Positions 1-9,711 of a stretch of 64,000 nucleotides of DNA are shown here, one piece after another. Under the pieces are notes generated by a model. That model did not search any database, was not told the origin of the DNA, and was given only the letters and a program-made list of their open reading frames with translations. The DNA comes from Candidatus Versatilivorator sp. (GTDB lineage Bacteria; Acidobacteriota; Terriglobia; Versatilivoradales; Versatilivoraceae). Position numbers and translations under genes: made by a program. Each line of letters starts with the position of its first letter. The first letter of the stretch is position 1. The stretch is taken from positions 1,408,001-1,472,000 of the forward strand of contig OZ242296.1 of NCBI GenBank assembly GCA_965207735.1. Direction: 5' to 3'.

Positions 1-336
1 TTCCCGTGTTGCTGCCTTCTTCCCCTTCCATGCGTGCCAGCGTCACTACCCCGACGGAAGCGGATCGGTGCCCGCGTCGCTCTCTTCCCCATCCGCCAAC
101 GGCCTTCCCCTAAAGACAGGAGGGTCGGCTTCCGTATTGTCCGTTTCGAGGCCTGCTCGACGTTCACTCGCGTTCCGGCCCGCATGCTCGCTGAGCCGCC
201 CTTGGCGGCCCTTGACCCCAGAGTGCTTCAGACCATTTCGTTACCTCCATGATCCGCCCTGGCTGCTACCAACCGGAGCGACAGTTGTTGGGCGGGGTTC
301 GCACCCGCCAGAAGAAGGCGCCTTTCCACGGCGCAC
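1..336 (-). ncRNA. Group II intron, 5' part (domain I), truncated by the window edge; diverged relative of the 6031-6899 intron
   Basis: Minus strand starts GTGCGCCGTGGAAAGGCGCC at 336 and aligns by eye with 6563-6899, with substitutions that include compensatory stem changes. EBS1 loop is TGTCTTT (112-118) and EBS2 is TACGGA (131-136). Whether it has an ORF cannot be seen. Confidence 0.9.
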
Positions 337-353
337 TGCCCCTTCGTGGATAA

Positions 354-377
354 GTCTTTTGTCTTTTGTCTTTTGTC
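354..377. repeat. Heptamer tandem repeat (GTCTTTT)x3 + GTC
   Basis: Directly visible between the intron 5' end and the rhodanese stop codon. Confidence 0.95.
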
Positions 378-384
378 GGTTGTT

Positions 385-762
385 TCAGGCAAGCCCACCG
401 CTGACCGGATTCCCCGACGCCACCCACTCCTTGTAGCCTCCCGCCATGGAGAACACGTTTCGGTAACCCATTCGCTGCAAGGCGTCGGCGGACAGCGCCG
501 ACCGGTACCCCCCGCCGCAATAGAGAACAATCTCGGCGTCAGGGTCGGGCACCAGCGCCTCGATATCCCTTTCGATGATTCCCTTCCCCAGGTGGACGGC
601 GCCCTCCGCATGCCCGCGAGACCATTCATGATCCTCGCGGATATCGACGAAGTGAAGGGACTGCCCCTTTTTCAGCTTTTCCCGCACCGCAGTTACCGAA
701 ACCTCTCGAATTCGGGACTTGGCATCGTCGACCACCCGCAAAAAAGCCGCTGAGTGCTGCAT
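385..762 (-). CDS. Rhodanese-like sulfurtransferase
   Basis: DIREDHEW..GHAEGA and active-site LYCGGGYRS motifs; start taken at MQHSAAF. Confidence 0.9.
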   Translation of the reverse strand: MQHSAAFLRVVDDAKSRIREVSVTAVREKLKKGQSLHFVDIREDHEWSRGHAEGAVHLGKGIIERDIEALVPDPDAEIVLYCGGGYRSALSADALQRMGYRNVFSMAGGYKEWVASGNPVSGGLA

Positions 763-850
763 TCCCCTACTCCTCGATCCCGACCACCCCCGGTTGCCGG
801 CAGTGGAAGCCTCCCTCAAAATCGGAACAGCGATCCGCCTTCATCGAAAC

Positions 851-1738
851 TTATCGCGACACTACCTCCAACCCCGCTTCCACCGAAGCGGAAGCCGGGG
901 CAAGGCGTTGGAAATCAAACAGCCCGGCATCCATCAGGTGCGAAGGGATCACATGCTTGAGAGCGGCCAGCATGGAGTCCCCGACTCTGGGATTCTCCGC
1001 CTGCAGCCGGGCGATCAACTCCTTGACCTCCTGACGCTTGAGATCCGGCTGAGAGCCGCAGAGGTCGCAGGGAATGATGGGATAGCCCATGTGGGAGGCG
1101 AAGCGGGCCAGATCGACCTCGCGGCAAAAGGTCAGCGGCCGGATGACGGTGTTGCGACCATCGTCGCTTCTCAAAACGGGAGGCATGGACTTCAACACCC
1201 CCCCATAAAACAGGTTCAGAAGCAGTGTCTCCAGAATGTCGTCGGCGTGATGACCCAGGGCGATCTTGTTGCACTCCATCTCGACGGCGGCATTGTAGAG
1301 GATGCCCCGACGCAGGCGTGAACAGAGCGAGCAGGCGGTGCCACCCTCCGGAATGTGAGACTGAACGATGGAATAGGTGTCCTTGGCCAGAATGCGGTAC
1401 TCCTGTCCCAGGTGTTGTAGATATTCGGGCAGCACCTCGGCGGGAAACCCCGGCTGCCTCTGGTCCAGATTGACGGCCACCATCGAGAAGGTGACCGGAG
1501 CCCGCTTCCGCAGGTCTCTCAGCAGCGTCAACAGGGCGTAGCTGTCCTTGCCTCCGCTCAGGCAGACCATGATCCGATCGCCCTCCGAGATCATGGAAAA
1601 GTCGGCGATCGCCTGCCCCACCTTTCTCAGAAGCCGCCGCCTCAGGCGTGGCAGATCCCCGCTGGAGGGTCTGCAAGCGGACGGCCCGGGCGCCGCGCCC
1701 GCCGTCCTCTGCTTGGGAAGCGTGTCATAGAGTCTCAA
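851..1738 (-). CDS. ttcA: tRNA 2-thiocytidine(32) synthetase
   Basis: PP-loop [22 protein letters not shown] and PCDLCGSQ motifs. Confidence 0.95.
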   Translation of the reverse strand: MRLYDTLPKQRTAGAAPGPSACRPSSGDLPRLRRRLLRKVGQAIADFSMISEGDRIMVCLSGGKDSYALLTLLRDLRKRAPVTFSMVAVNLDQRQPGFPAEVLPEYLQHLGQEYRILAKDTYSIVQSHIPEGGTACSLCSRLRRGILYNAAVEMECNKIALGHHADDILETLLLNLFYGGVLKSMPPVLRSDDGRNTVIRPLTFCREVDLARFASHMGYPIIPCDLCGSQPDLKRQEVKELIARLQAENPRVGDSMLAALKHVIPSHLMDAGLFDFQRLAPASASVEAGLEVVSR

Positions 1739-2822
1739 CCGTTTCCTCCAAGCGCACGTAGTCCGCCTTTCGCTTTACCGGCTGGAACCCTTCGGACAGG
1801 ATGGCCTCGCGCAAAATATCTTCCGTGGCCCGGTGGTGAGCGCCGGCCGGCGTGATCACGTTTTCCTCGATCATGATGCTGCCCATGTCGTTGGCTCCAT
1901 GATGGAGTCCCTGCCTTCCCACCTCGACGCCCTGGGTCAGCCAGGATACCTGGATGTTGGGGATGTTGGGCAGGCAAATTCTGGCGAGTGCCAACCAGCG
2001 CAGATACTCTTCGCTCGTCTCTCGATCGGGGACCTTGCGACTGATCTTGGTGTTGTCGGGCTGCAGCGTCCAGGGGATGAAGGCCACAAAGCCGCCCGTC
2101 CGCCGCTGCAGCTCGTAGATGCGCTCCAGGTGCCGGATGCGGTGCTCCGGAGTTTCACCCATCCCGAACATCATGGTGGCCGTGCTGGGCAATCCCAGGC
2201 CGTGGGCGACCTCCATGACCTCCAGCCACTCGGCGGTGTTGCACTTGTTGGTGTTCTTTCTCCTGACCTCATCCACCAGAATCTCGGCCCCGCCTCCCGG
2301 AATCGAGTCAAGCCCCGCTGCCTTCAGCCTGAGCAGAACTTCCCGGGTGTCCATTGCGAAGATCCGGGTAAAGGCGTGGATCTCCGGCGGAGAGAAGCAG
2401 TGGAGGTGGATTCGGTACCGCCGCTTCAGCTCGCTCAGGAGCCGCTCGTACCATTCCAGCGGAAGGTCGGGGTGGAGCCCGCCCTGCATGAGAATGCCGC
2501 TGCCGCCAAGCTCCAGGGTCTCCTCGACTTTTTCAAAAATCTGCTGGTGGCTCAGGACATAACCTTCGCTGGAGCCGGGCGGCCGGTAAAAGGCGCAAAA
2601 GGTGCAGACGGCCGAACAGATATTGCTGTAGTTGATGTTGCGGTCCACCACGTAGGTGACCACGTCGTCGGGATGAAGGCGGCGCCGGATGCGGTCGGCC
2701 GTCTCCTGCAATCGGGCCAGTGGAGCCCCCCTGGCCAGAAGGCCGTATGCCTGCGGACTCAGGTGCTCCTCCTCGGCACGGGTGAGGCAATCCTGCACGT
2801 TCATGGCCGCAAATGGGTCCAC
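1725..2822 (-). CDS. mqnC: Cyclic dehypoxanthine futalosine synthase (CofH/MqnC radical SAM)
   Basis: [10 protein letters not shown]-x3-C-x2-[31 protein letters not shown]. Confidence 0.85.
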   Translation of the reverse strand: MDPFAAMNVQDCLTRAEEEHLSPQAYGLLARGAPLARLQETADRIRRRLHPDDVVTYVVDRNINYSNICSAVCTFCAFYRPPGSSEGYVLSHQQIFEKVEETLELGGSGILMQGGLHPDLPLEWYERLLSELKRRYRIHLHCFSPPEIHAFTRIFAMDTREVLLRLKAAGLDSIPGGGAEILVDEVRRKNTNKCNTAEWLEVMEVAHGLGLPSTATMMFGMGETPEHRIRHLERIYELQRRTGGFVAFIPWTLQPDNTKISRKVPDRETSEEYLRWLALARICLPNIPNIQVSWLTQGVEVGRQGLHHGANDMGSIMIEENVITPAGAHHRATEDILREAILSEGFQPVKRKADYVRLEETVETL

Positions 2823-2830
2823 TTCCGCAG

Positions 2831-4696
2831 TTACCGTCCTTCCAGAGTGGCCGTGAAACTCATTTCCCTGCCGTCACGCACCACTGAAATCTCTACCTCA
2901 TCCCCCGGTCGATGCTCCTGCAGGAGGTAAGTCAGGTCGTATATGTTGGTGATCTTTTTCCCCGACCACCCCACGATGAGATCGCCGGACCGCAATCCGC
3001 ACTTGGACGCCGGACTTCCCTCTCGTACACCGGTAAGCCGGACCCCCTCGACCTCCTCGCCGTAGTCGGGAATAATCCCCAGCGTCACCCTGAATCCGGT
3101 TCTGCCCGATTCCCGGGGCTCACCGGCCGTTTTCCGGAAGGCAGGCCGCTGCTCCATCGAACGGATGGACCTGGCAGTCTGAAAGATGAACTCCACGACG
3201 CGGGCGATCGAATCCGGCTCAATCTTATCATAGTCATCACTGGGCTTATGGTAGTCCCCGTGGACCCCGGTGAAGAAAAAGAGCACCGGAATATCGCGGC
3301 CGTAGAACGAGGAATGATCGCTGGGGCCGAACCCTCCCTCGCGATATTTGAGCTCCAGGTCCGCATCCTCGTTCAGTTGAGTCAGCAGGTCCCTCCAGCC
3401 CGGCGAGCTGCCCGTACCGCCGACGATCAATCGCGTGCCTTGCATGCGCCCGATCATGTCCATGTTGATCATGGCCACGGTCTTCTCCAGGGGCACCACC
3501 GGATGGTTGACGTAATGCCGAGAACCCAGCAGGCCCTGCTCTTCGCCGCTGAAGGCCAGAAAGAGGACGCCGCGGCCCGGTTGATCCTTCCGGGATGCCA
3601 GCGTCCCGGCCAGCTCCAGCAGTCCGGCCGTGCCCGAGGCATTGTCGTCGGCGCCGTTGTGGACCTCACTCCCGGGCTTGGCTGCCAGCGAACTCACCTC
3701 ACCCATTCCGAGATGGTCGAAGTGAGCCCCGATTGCCAGGACCTCCTCGGCCAGGTCGCCTTTGCCTTTCAGAAACCCCACCACGTTCCGAGCTGAACGG
3801 GTCTCCTTGACCAGGTCCGCGCGGAATTTCAGGCGAACGCCCGGCATATCGGCGGCACTGCCCTTGCGGCTTCGGGCAGTCTCCTCCAGGTCATCCAGGT
3901 TCAAGCCGGCTTTGGCCAGGATCCGGCGGGCAGAGGGACGACTGATGGCCAGAGCGGCAATGCCCGAATCGGCGAAAGAGCGGTCGAATCTGAGCTTGGA
4001 GAGCGAACTCCCGGAAAAATCTTCCGAGTCGTTCACGAAGACAATGCCGGTGGCGCCCCGGTCCCGAGCCGTTTGGGCCTTATAGCGCAGGGCATGGTAG
4101 CGTCCGAATTGCCCGTGGGGATCGTCTCCCTCGGGGCCGTAGCGCAGGGCGAAGACGAATTTCCCCTTCACATCCCTATTCCGATAATCGTCGTACTGGA
4201 GCGACGGCGCGGAAATGCCGTATCCCACAAACTGTGCCGCGCCCTCGAACTGCCCGCTCAACGAGAAGGAAACCGGTGTGAAGTCGCTGCCCGGCTCCAG
4301 ATCTCTCCCTCCACCCTCCTGGCTTGAGGAGCCACCCTTCCCCCAGGCCACCTCCAGGGTATTGGCGGAACCCAACCGCACCCCGGAGACGAAGGAGAAT
4401 TCCTGAAAGTAGCTGCCTTCGTCACCCAACGGCAGCAGATTCCGCCGGGCGAACTGTTCCGCGATGTAGCGGGCCGCCTTCTCCGCCCCCGGGCTTCCGG
4501 CAAGCCGTCCTTCCAACTCGTCGGAGGCCAGATACCGGATGTGCGGCATCAGTCTTTCAGCCGAAACGGCCCCCGTGGCCGGTGCCGGAATGGTAGAACG
4601 GAAATGCCAATTGCCGATCGGCACCAGGGCGGCCGGCAGCAGTAGAGTGGCCCACAAGATCCAATTTTTTCGGTTCAATGCAATCCTCATCGTCAA
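2831..4696 (-). CDS. M28 family aminopeptidase with PA and C-terminal PDZ domains
   Basis: [37 protein letters not shown]; C-terminal PDZ (LGIIPD..GSPA..GLRSGD); N-terminal signal/anchor. Confidence 0.9.
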   Translation of the reverse strand: MTMRIALNRKNWILWATLLLPAALVPIGNWHFRSTIPAPATGAVSAERLMPHIRYLASDELEGRLAGSPGAEKAARYIAEQFARRNLLPLGDEGSYFQEFSFVSGVRLGSANTLEVAWGKGGSSSQEGGGRDLEPGSDFTPVSFSLSGQFEGAAQFVGYGISAPSLQYDDYRNRDVKGKFVFALRYGPEGDDPHGQFGRYHALRYKAQTARDRGATGIVFVNDSEDFSGSSLSKLRFDRSFADSGIAALAISRPSARRILAKAGLNLDDLEETARSRKGSAADMPGVRLKFRADLVKETRSARNVVGFLKGKGDLAEEVLAIGAHFDHLGMGEVSSLAAKPGSEVHNGADDNASGTAGLLELAGTLASRKDQPGRGVLFLAFSGEEQGLLGSRHYVNHPVVPLEKTVAMINMDMIGRMQGTRLIVGGTGSSPGWRDLLTQLNEDADLELKYREGGFGPSDHSSFYGRDIPVLFFFTGVHGDYHKPSDDYDKIEPDSIARVVEFIFQTARSIRSMEQRPAFRKTAGEPRESGRTGFRVTLGIIPDYGEEVEGVRLTGVREGSPASKCGLRSGDLIVGWSGKKITNIYDLTYLLQEHRPGDEVEISVVRDGREMSFTATLEGR

Positions 4697-4765
4697 TATC
4701 GCGGATCAATCTCACCGCCTAAGACGGCAGCCTGGAAATGCTCTTGGACGACCCTGAATCCAGGT

Positions 4766-5800
4766 TCAGTGGGAGGACCCGGCCCCCGCGACGGGGAGAA
4801 CAGACAGCATTTCCCAGCCTTTCTCCTCTCGAGGCACAAAATAGTAGGCCTGCACCTGGGGAAATCGCTTCAGATAGCTTCGGGCCTTTTCGGGCCCCAT
4901 CACAAAAAGCGCATTGTCCAGGGCATCGCCCTCCGTTCCGGACCCGGCCACCACGGCGACGCTGAGAAGACCCTGGACCGGGCGGCCTGTTCTGGGGTCC
5001 ATGATATGGGAATAGGTCACGCCCTCGCGGACGAACGAATTCTCATAGCTGCCGGAAATGGACAAGCACTGATTCTCCAGCGAGACGGTGAGAGCGCTCC
5101 TTTGGGGGTTGCGCGGAGAAACCGGGTCTCGAACCTTGACCTTCCAGGCGGTCTTCCCGGGCGGAGTTCCCAGCCCGAAGACCGTGCTGCTGCCAGCGCT
5201 GACCAGGGCGCTTTCGATTCGGTATTCTCTCAGCAGGCTCACCACCCGGTCCACCGCATACCCCTTGGCTATGCCTCCCAGGTCCAGAGCCATGCCCTCC
5301 CGAAGGAACCGGACGGTGCGACGGCCGGGATCGAGGCTCAGCTTGCGGTAACCCACCGTCTGAAGGGCGTTGCGAAGCTCCCTCTCCGGCGGCAGCCGAC
5401 CCGGGCCGCCGAAGAATCCCCAAGCCTTCATCAAGGGCTGAACGGTCACGTCGAAGGCGCCTTGGGACTGCCGGCTGAAGGCCAGGCATCGTTGCAGAAA
5501 GTCGAACAGCTCCGGCTCCACCAGGACCGCTTCCCGACCTGCTCGACGGTTGATGAAGGAGACAGAGCTGTTTCGCTTGTAGACGCTCATCAGGCGGTCG
5601 ATGCGATCCACCTCATCGAAGGCGCTCTCCGCCACCAGGGGCAGGTCGTCCCGGCCGGCTCCGTAGAGCTGAATCCCGTAGGTGGTGCCCATGGAGACAT
5701 GGCTGCCGCGGTAGTGGGCCACCGCCGGACCCGAACCGAGCGCACCGAGGCTGCAAAAAAGGGTCGGCGCCCCCACCAGGAACACCAGAATCGGCGCCAG
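4766..5800 (-). CDS. apbE: FAD:protein FMN transferase ApbE, main body; native N-terminus separated by the MITE/intron insertion
   Basis: SMGTT, DLGGIAKGYAVD, SHIMDPRTG, DALDNA motifs. The native first codons (MAMRWL) appear to lie at 6914-6931. Confidence 0.85.
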   Translation of the reverse strand: MAPILVFLVGAPTLFCSLGALGSGPAVAHYRGSHVSMGTTYGIQLYGAGRDDLPLVAESAFDEVDRIDRLMSVYKRNSSVSFINRRAGREAVLVEPELFDFLQRCLAFSRQSQGAFDVTVQPLMKAWGFFGGPGRLPPERELRNALQTVGYRKLSLDPGRRTVRFLREGMALDLGGIAKGYAVDRVVSLLREYRIESALVSAGSSTVFGLGTPPGKTAWKVKVRDPVSPRNPQRSALTVSLENQCLSISGSYENSFVREGVTYSHIMDPRTGRPVQGLLSVAVVAGSGTEGDALDNALFVMGPEKARSYLKRFPQVQAYYFVPREEKGWEMLSVLPVAGAGSSH

Positions 5801-6912
5801 CCCGCATTTCTCACCAGGCCGCTGGTGCCATGACGAAAAGTAGTTTATCTTCAGTACTTTGATTGGCTCCATGGTAAGGGCTTGTGGGTAACAGACGGCG
5901 CTGGGCATGCCCTGGCTTGTCTTTTTCCCTTCAGCGCGCACATGCTCCCTCGCACGTAGTGACCGCTACGCTCTTCGGTCGCGAGCACGCCCTGAAGGGA
6001 AAAATCCTGCGCCATGTTCATGCCCCCTGGGTAGAGTCGAGGACTGGCGCGTTGACTATAGGGTCCGGTGGCTATTCCGTCGCTTTCGCTTCGTGCCTCA
6101 GTCCGGCTCCCTTATCACGTTTCCAGTCCCCGCTCTCCGAACCGGACGTGCGGTTTTCCCGCATCTCGGCTCTCCAGTGGGATCATGCGTCTCGCACACA
6201 GGTCCCCGCTCGCATCCGTGGACGACTCCTATGGGATTGGCACCCGTCCCCCACTCCATCCACTTCCGCTCCCGGGTTGCCGCCAGGCCTGTTGATGCCC
6301 TGACGACGCCGTCCTCCTCCGACGACCCTTTCACTTTTGCATGTGATGCTTCCGGAGTCTCCGGCCCTTTTTTGGTCGGGGTTTCAGGCTTTCGCCACTC
6401 CCGGGACCCTTCCCCCTTCGGTCACCGCTCCTCACCTGAGGCCCCTTCCCTCCACCGGTATTACCCGGCTTCTCCGGTACTACAGGCCTCTCCGCCACCC
6501 TGTCGGCCTAGACTGACTCTCGCGAGCTTCCGGTTCGGTGCGTGCCTCACCACCCACAGGGCTTCCCATGTTGCTGCCTTCTTCCCCTTCCATGCGTGCC
6601 AGCGCCACTACCCCGGCGGGTCCAAAGGGGTGCCCGCGTCGCTCGCTTCCCCCTCCGTCTTCGGCCTTCCCCATTTCTCAGGTGGGTCGGCCCCCGCATT
6701 GCCCGTTTCGAGGCCTGCTCGACGTTCACTCGCGTTCCGGCCCGCATGCTCGCTGAACCGCCTTAAGCGGCCCTTTGACACCAGAGGGCTTCAGACCATA
6801 TCGTTACCTCCATGATCCGCCCTGGCTGCTACCAACCGGAGCGACAGTTGTTGGACGGGTTTCGCACCCGTTGGAAGAAGGCGCCTTTCCATGGCGCACT
6901 GAGAAATGCGGG
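5801..6912. mobile_element. IS1380-type MITE (~243 bp without the intron) whose right IR is interrupted by a group II intron
   Basis: Left end CCCGCATTTCTCACCAG at 5801. The right end re-forms as CTGG(6027-6030)+TGAGAAATGCGGG(6900-6912) once the intron is removed. Flanks are CCAG/CTAG. Ends are identical to the IRs of the IS at 42853-44550. Internal 13-bp perfect IR at 5922-5934/5992-6004. Confidence 0.85.
6031..6899 (-). ncRNA. ORF-less group II intron (IIB-like), 869 nt
   Basis: 5' GTGCG at 6899; domain V GAGCCGAGATGCGGGAAAACCGCACGTCCGGTTC; long domain VI ending CTCGACTCTAC at 6031. EBS1 TGAGAAA (6674-6680) and EBS2 TGCGGG (6693-6698) match the 5' exon. No RT ORF. Confidence 0.95.
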
Positions 6913-6913
6913 C

Positions 6914-6931
6914 TAGCCACCGCATCGCCAT
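6914..6931 (-). pseudogene. apbE: Detached 5' codons of apbE (MAMRWL)
   Basis: Removing 5801-6912 and one 4-bp flank gives in-frame ATG GCG ATG CGG TGG CTR GCG CCG ATT = MAMRWLAPILVFLVG, a signal-peptide-like start. Confidence 0.7.
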
Positions 6932-7016
6932 CGCAGGATACTCTGTTCGCAAATCGATAGGGAGTTGGACCACTAAACGGGAGGGATAGGTCGGTGCGGT
7001 CGGCACCAGGAGTCGG

Positions 7017-8396
7017 CTACACTTTTTGGGTCATCAGCTCTTGTTCCGGCTCTCCGGACTGGCGTCCCGGCCAAACCACCCGTTCCTTCCCGTCCATGGC
7101 CCGATTGGCGTAGATCACCGCCCGGGAGTCGGCGGCACCCACGTCCAGATCCGCCAGCGGCTTCTTGCCCTGGCGAATGCACTCGAAGAAATGCTCGTCC
7201 TCGGCCTGAATGGGATTGCGCTCGCGCTCGACCTCGATCACACCCAGCTCAACCAGCCAGCGGCGGGCATGCTCGACTTCGCGAGCCACAAATCCCTCGG
7301 ACTCGGCAGGAGGCTCAGACTGAATGGGAACCCCTTTGGCCTTCTGAAGGATGGTGGCTCCCGCCATCCAGTCCAGCTCTTTGGGAATTGCGGAAGACTC
7401 TCCGGCGGCGGGGGCGCCCCGAGCCAGTTTCTGGGGATAGAAGGTGGCTCGGGGATCGTTGCGTCCCAGTGTGATTTCAAGGGTTCCCCGATCTCCCAGG
7501 ATGGTTTCCGAGAACTCCAGATGCCGGTTGTGTCCGATGGCGCTGAAGAGGAACTTCTGTCCCCGGGGATATTGGTAAATCACGGCCACGTTGTCGAAGA
7601 TCTCCCGGCCATCCTTCCAGTAGTCGTTGCCTCCGACTCCGGTGACGCTGACCGGTTCCGACTCAAAGGCCCAATTGGCCACGTCCGCCATGTGGGACCC
7701 GAGTTCGGCCATCAGGCCACCCGAGTATTTCCGGTACATCCTCCAGTTGATGCTTCGTTCCAGCCCGGGATCCGGTACCGGACGGCGCCAACTGGTATTG
7801 CGGTGCCACTGGGCCCGGATGGTCATCACACGACCCAACACTCCCGTGTGAATCATGCGCATGGCGTTGCGGTAAACCCCGCTGTAGCGCCGCTGAAGTC
7901 CCACCTGCAGAACCAGCTCGGGGTGGCGATCCTTGGCCTCGTAGACCATGGGGATCTCGGCTTCCTCCTTCATCAGGCACTTCTCGACAAAGACGTGCTT
8001 TCCGGCGCTCAGGGCCTCCAGCAGCATGGGAACGTGCAGGTGGTAGGGGGTAGTGATGAAAACCGCCTCGACGTCCTTGCGCTCCAGCACGCGCCGGTAG
8101 TCGCCCGACTCGGTATCCGGCCGACCGCCGATCTCCTGCACCCCCTTGGCCAGGTTGGGAGCATGGGTATCGCACAGCACGGCGCATCGTCCGGATTTCA
8201 GGGTGCTCAAGTTCCTCAAGTGGTTTCTCCCCTGGGAGCCCGTGCCGATCAGGGCGTACACCACGGGCGAGTCCAGGCTCCGGGCAGAAATGATGGCGGG
8301 AGCCGCCACCTGGGAGGCCGCGGCTGCCGCGGCTGTCACGGAATTCTTCAGAAAGCCGCGACGGTTCATGGACGAACCATGCCGGCGGTCAGACAT
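7017..8396 (-). CDS. Gfo/Idh/MocA family oxidoreductase, Tat-exported
   Basis: Tat motif NRRGFLK; GTGSQG Rossmann motif; KHVFVEK; VGLQRRY. Confidence 0.9.
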   Translation of the reverse strand: MSDRRHGSSMNRRGFLKNSVTAAAAAASQVAAPAIISARSLDSPVVYALIGTGSQGRNHLRNLSTLKSGRCAVLCDTHAPNLAKGVQEIGGRPDTESGDYRRVLERKDVEAVFITTPYHLHVPMLLEALSAGKHVFVEKCLMKEEAEIPMVYEAKDRHPELVLQVGLQRRYSGVYRNAMRMIHTGVLGRVMTIRAQWHRNTSWRRPVPDPGLERSINWRMYRKYSGGLMAELGSHMADVANWAFESEPVSVTGVGGNDYWKDGREIFDNVAVIYQYPRGQKFLFSAIGHNRHLEFSETILGDRGTLEITLGRNDPRATFYPQKLARGAPAAGESSAIPKELDWMAGATILQKAKGVPIQSEPPAESEGFVAREVEHARRWLVELGVIEVERERNPIQAEDEHFFECIRQGKKPLADLDVGAADSRAVIYANRAMDGKERVVWPGRQSGEPEQELMTQKV

Positions 8397-8522
8397 TCAA
8401 TTCCCCCTCTTGAATCCCAGCCCGGCGCGATCGAGCCGATCGATGAAACACAACCGTGACTCACCTGCAACACGAACTATCACAGTTTAGTCCCTTTCAC
8501 CCCCAAACCAAAGTCCAGGCTG

Positions 8523-8528
8523 TATAAT
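8523..8528 (+). promoter_or_regulatory. Consensus -10 box, probably producing a leaderless mRNA
   Basis: TATAAT lies 7 nt before the GTG at 8536; no SD sequence. Confidence 0.5.
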
Positions 8529-8535
8529 CCTCACA

Positions 8536-9711
8536 GTGACTTCACTGCAACAGACCTTCAATCGATCGCTGGAAATCCTCTTCGAACTGATCCGTATTGA
8601 ATCGGTGAACCCTACCCTGGTGTCCGGAGGGGCCGGAGAGCAAGCCATCGCCGAGTATCTGTCCGACTTCCTGAGAAGCGAGGGCATCCCGAGCCAACTG
8701 CAGGCGGTCGCCGCGGGACGTTTCAACCTGTTGGCCACGGTGAAAGGGTCCGGCCCCGGACCGAGAGTGCTTCTCAATGGACACCTGGACACGGTGAGTA
8801 TCGCCGGGATGAAAACGCCCCTGGTGCCGGTCCTCGAGGACGGCAGAGTCTATGGCAGGGGGGCGCAGGACATGAAGGGCGGGCTGGCGGCAGCGGTTTC
8901 GGCGCTGCTGGCGCTGTCCCGACACAGGGAGGACTGGAAGGGCGAGGTTGTGCTGGCGGCCGTGGCCGACGAGGAGGACTTGAGTCTGGGAACCATCTGG
9001 TTTCTGGAGAATTGGCCGCAGGACAGACCCTTCGATTTCGCCTTGGTGCTGGAACCGACCGATCTTCAGGTGGCCACGGCCCACAAGGGGTTTGCCTGGG
9101 TCGAAGTCACCACCTACGGAAAGGCTGCCCACGGGAGTCGGCCGGCCGACGGTGTGGATGCTATTCGCCGGATGGGCCTGGTCCTGGGCCATCTGGACCG
9201 GCTGGACCGAGACCTGCAGAGCCGTCCTCTCCACCGCCTCCTGGGATCGGGCTCGCTGCACGCCTCAATGATCCAGGGCGGCCGTCAATGGAGCAGCTAT
9301 CCCGACCGCTGCCACCTGAAATACGAGCGAAGGACTGTTCCTCCCGAAACACGGGCGACCGTCGAATCCGAATTTGGACGAATCCTTCGAGATTGCCGGC
9401 GGCAGGATGGCCGCTTCCGGGGGGAAGCTTCGCTCGTCTGCGCGCGAGAACCCTTTGAAGCGGACCCTGATCAGAATGCCTTGCAGCGTTTCTATCACAC
9501 TGCCCGGTCGCATCGCCCCCGCCACGTTCGCTGGGGCAGTGTCTCATTCTGGACCGACGCGGCCCTGTTGGCGGGCGCCTCCATCCCGACTCTGGTCTTC
9601 GGCCCGCGAGGAGCCGGACTCCATTCCCTGGAAGAATATGTGGTGGCCGAGGACCTGGGCGACTGCGCCGAGATCATCTATCGCTTCGTGACTCAAGCCC
9701 TATCCGACTAA
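8536..9711 (+). CDS. M20 ArgE/DapE family deacylase
   Basis: LNGHLDTV, GRGAQDMKGG, ADEE, GKAAHGS, HSLEE. Confidence 0.9.
   Translation: MTSLQQTFNRSLEILFELIRIESVNPTLVSGGAGEQAIAEYLSDFLRSEGIPSQLQAVAAGRFNLLATVKGSGPGPRVLLNGHLDTVSIAGMKTPLVPVLEDGRVYGRGAQDMKGGLAAAVSALLALSRHREDWKGEVVLAAVADEEDLSLGTIWFLENWPQDRPFDFALVLEPTDLQVATAHKGFAWVEVTTYGKAAHGSRPADGVDAIRRMGLVLGHLDRLDRDLQSRPLHRLLGSGSLHASMIQGGRQWSSYPDRCHLKYERRTVPPETRATVESEFGRILRDCRRQDGRFRGEASLVCAREPFEADPDQNALQRFYHTARSHRPRHVRWGSVSFWTDAALLAGASIPTLVFGPRGAGLHSLEEYVVAEDLGDCAEIIYRFVTQALSD

Noticed and set aside
5801-5941. N-terminal extension of the apbE ORF as the native start
   Set aside because: It lies inside the MITE; the native start is better explained by 6914-6931.
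5907-6815. 302-aa plus-strand ORF, its 271-aa twin at 56668-57483, and the short ORFs at 34-436
   Set aside because: Antisense to the group II intron RNA with no RT or other motif. The twin exists only because the intron is duplicated.
6031-6899. Retron, DGR or IStron interpretation of the repeated ncRNA
   Set aside because: No RT, tnpA or tnpB inside; the GUGCG start, domain V and ..AC end are diagnostic of group II introns.
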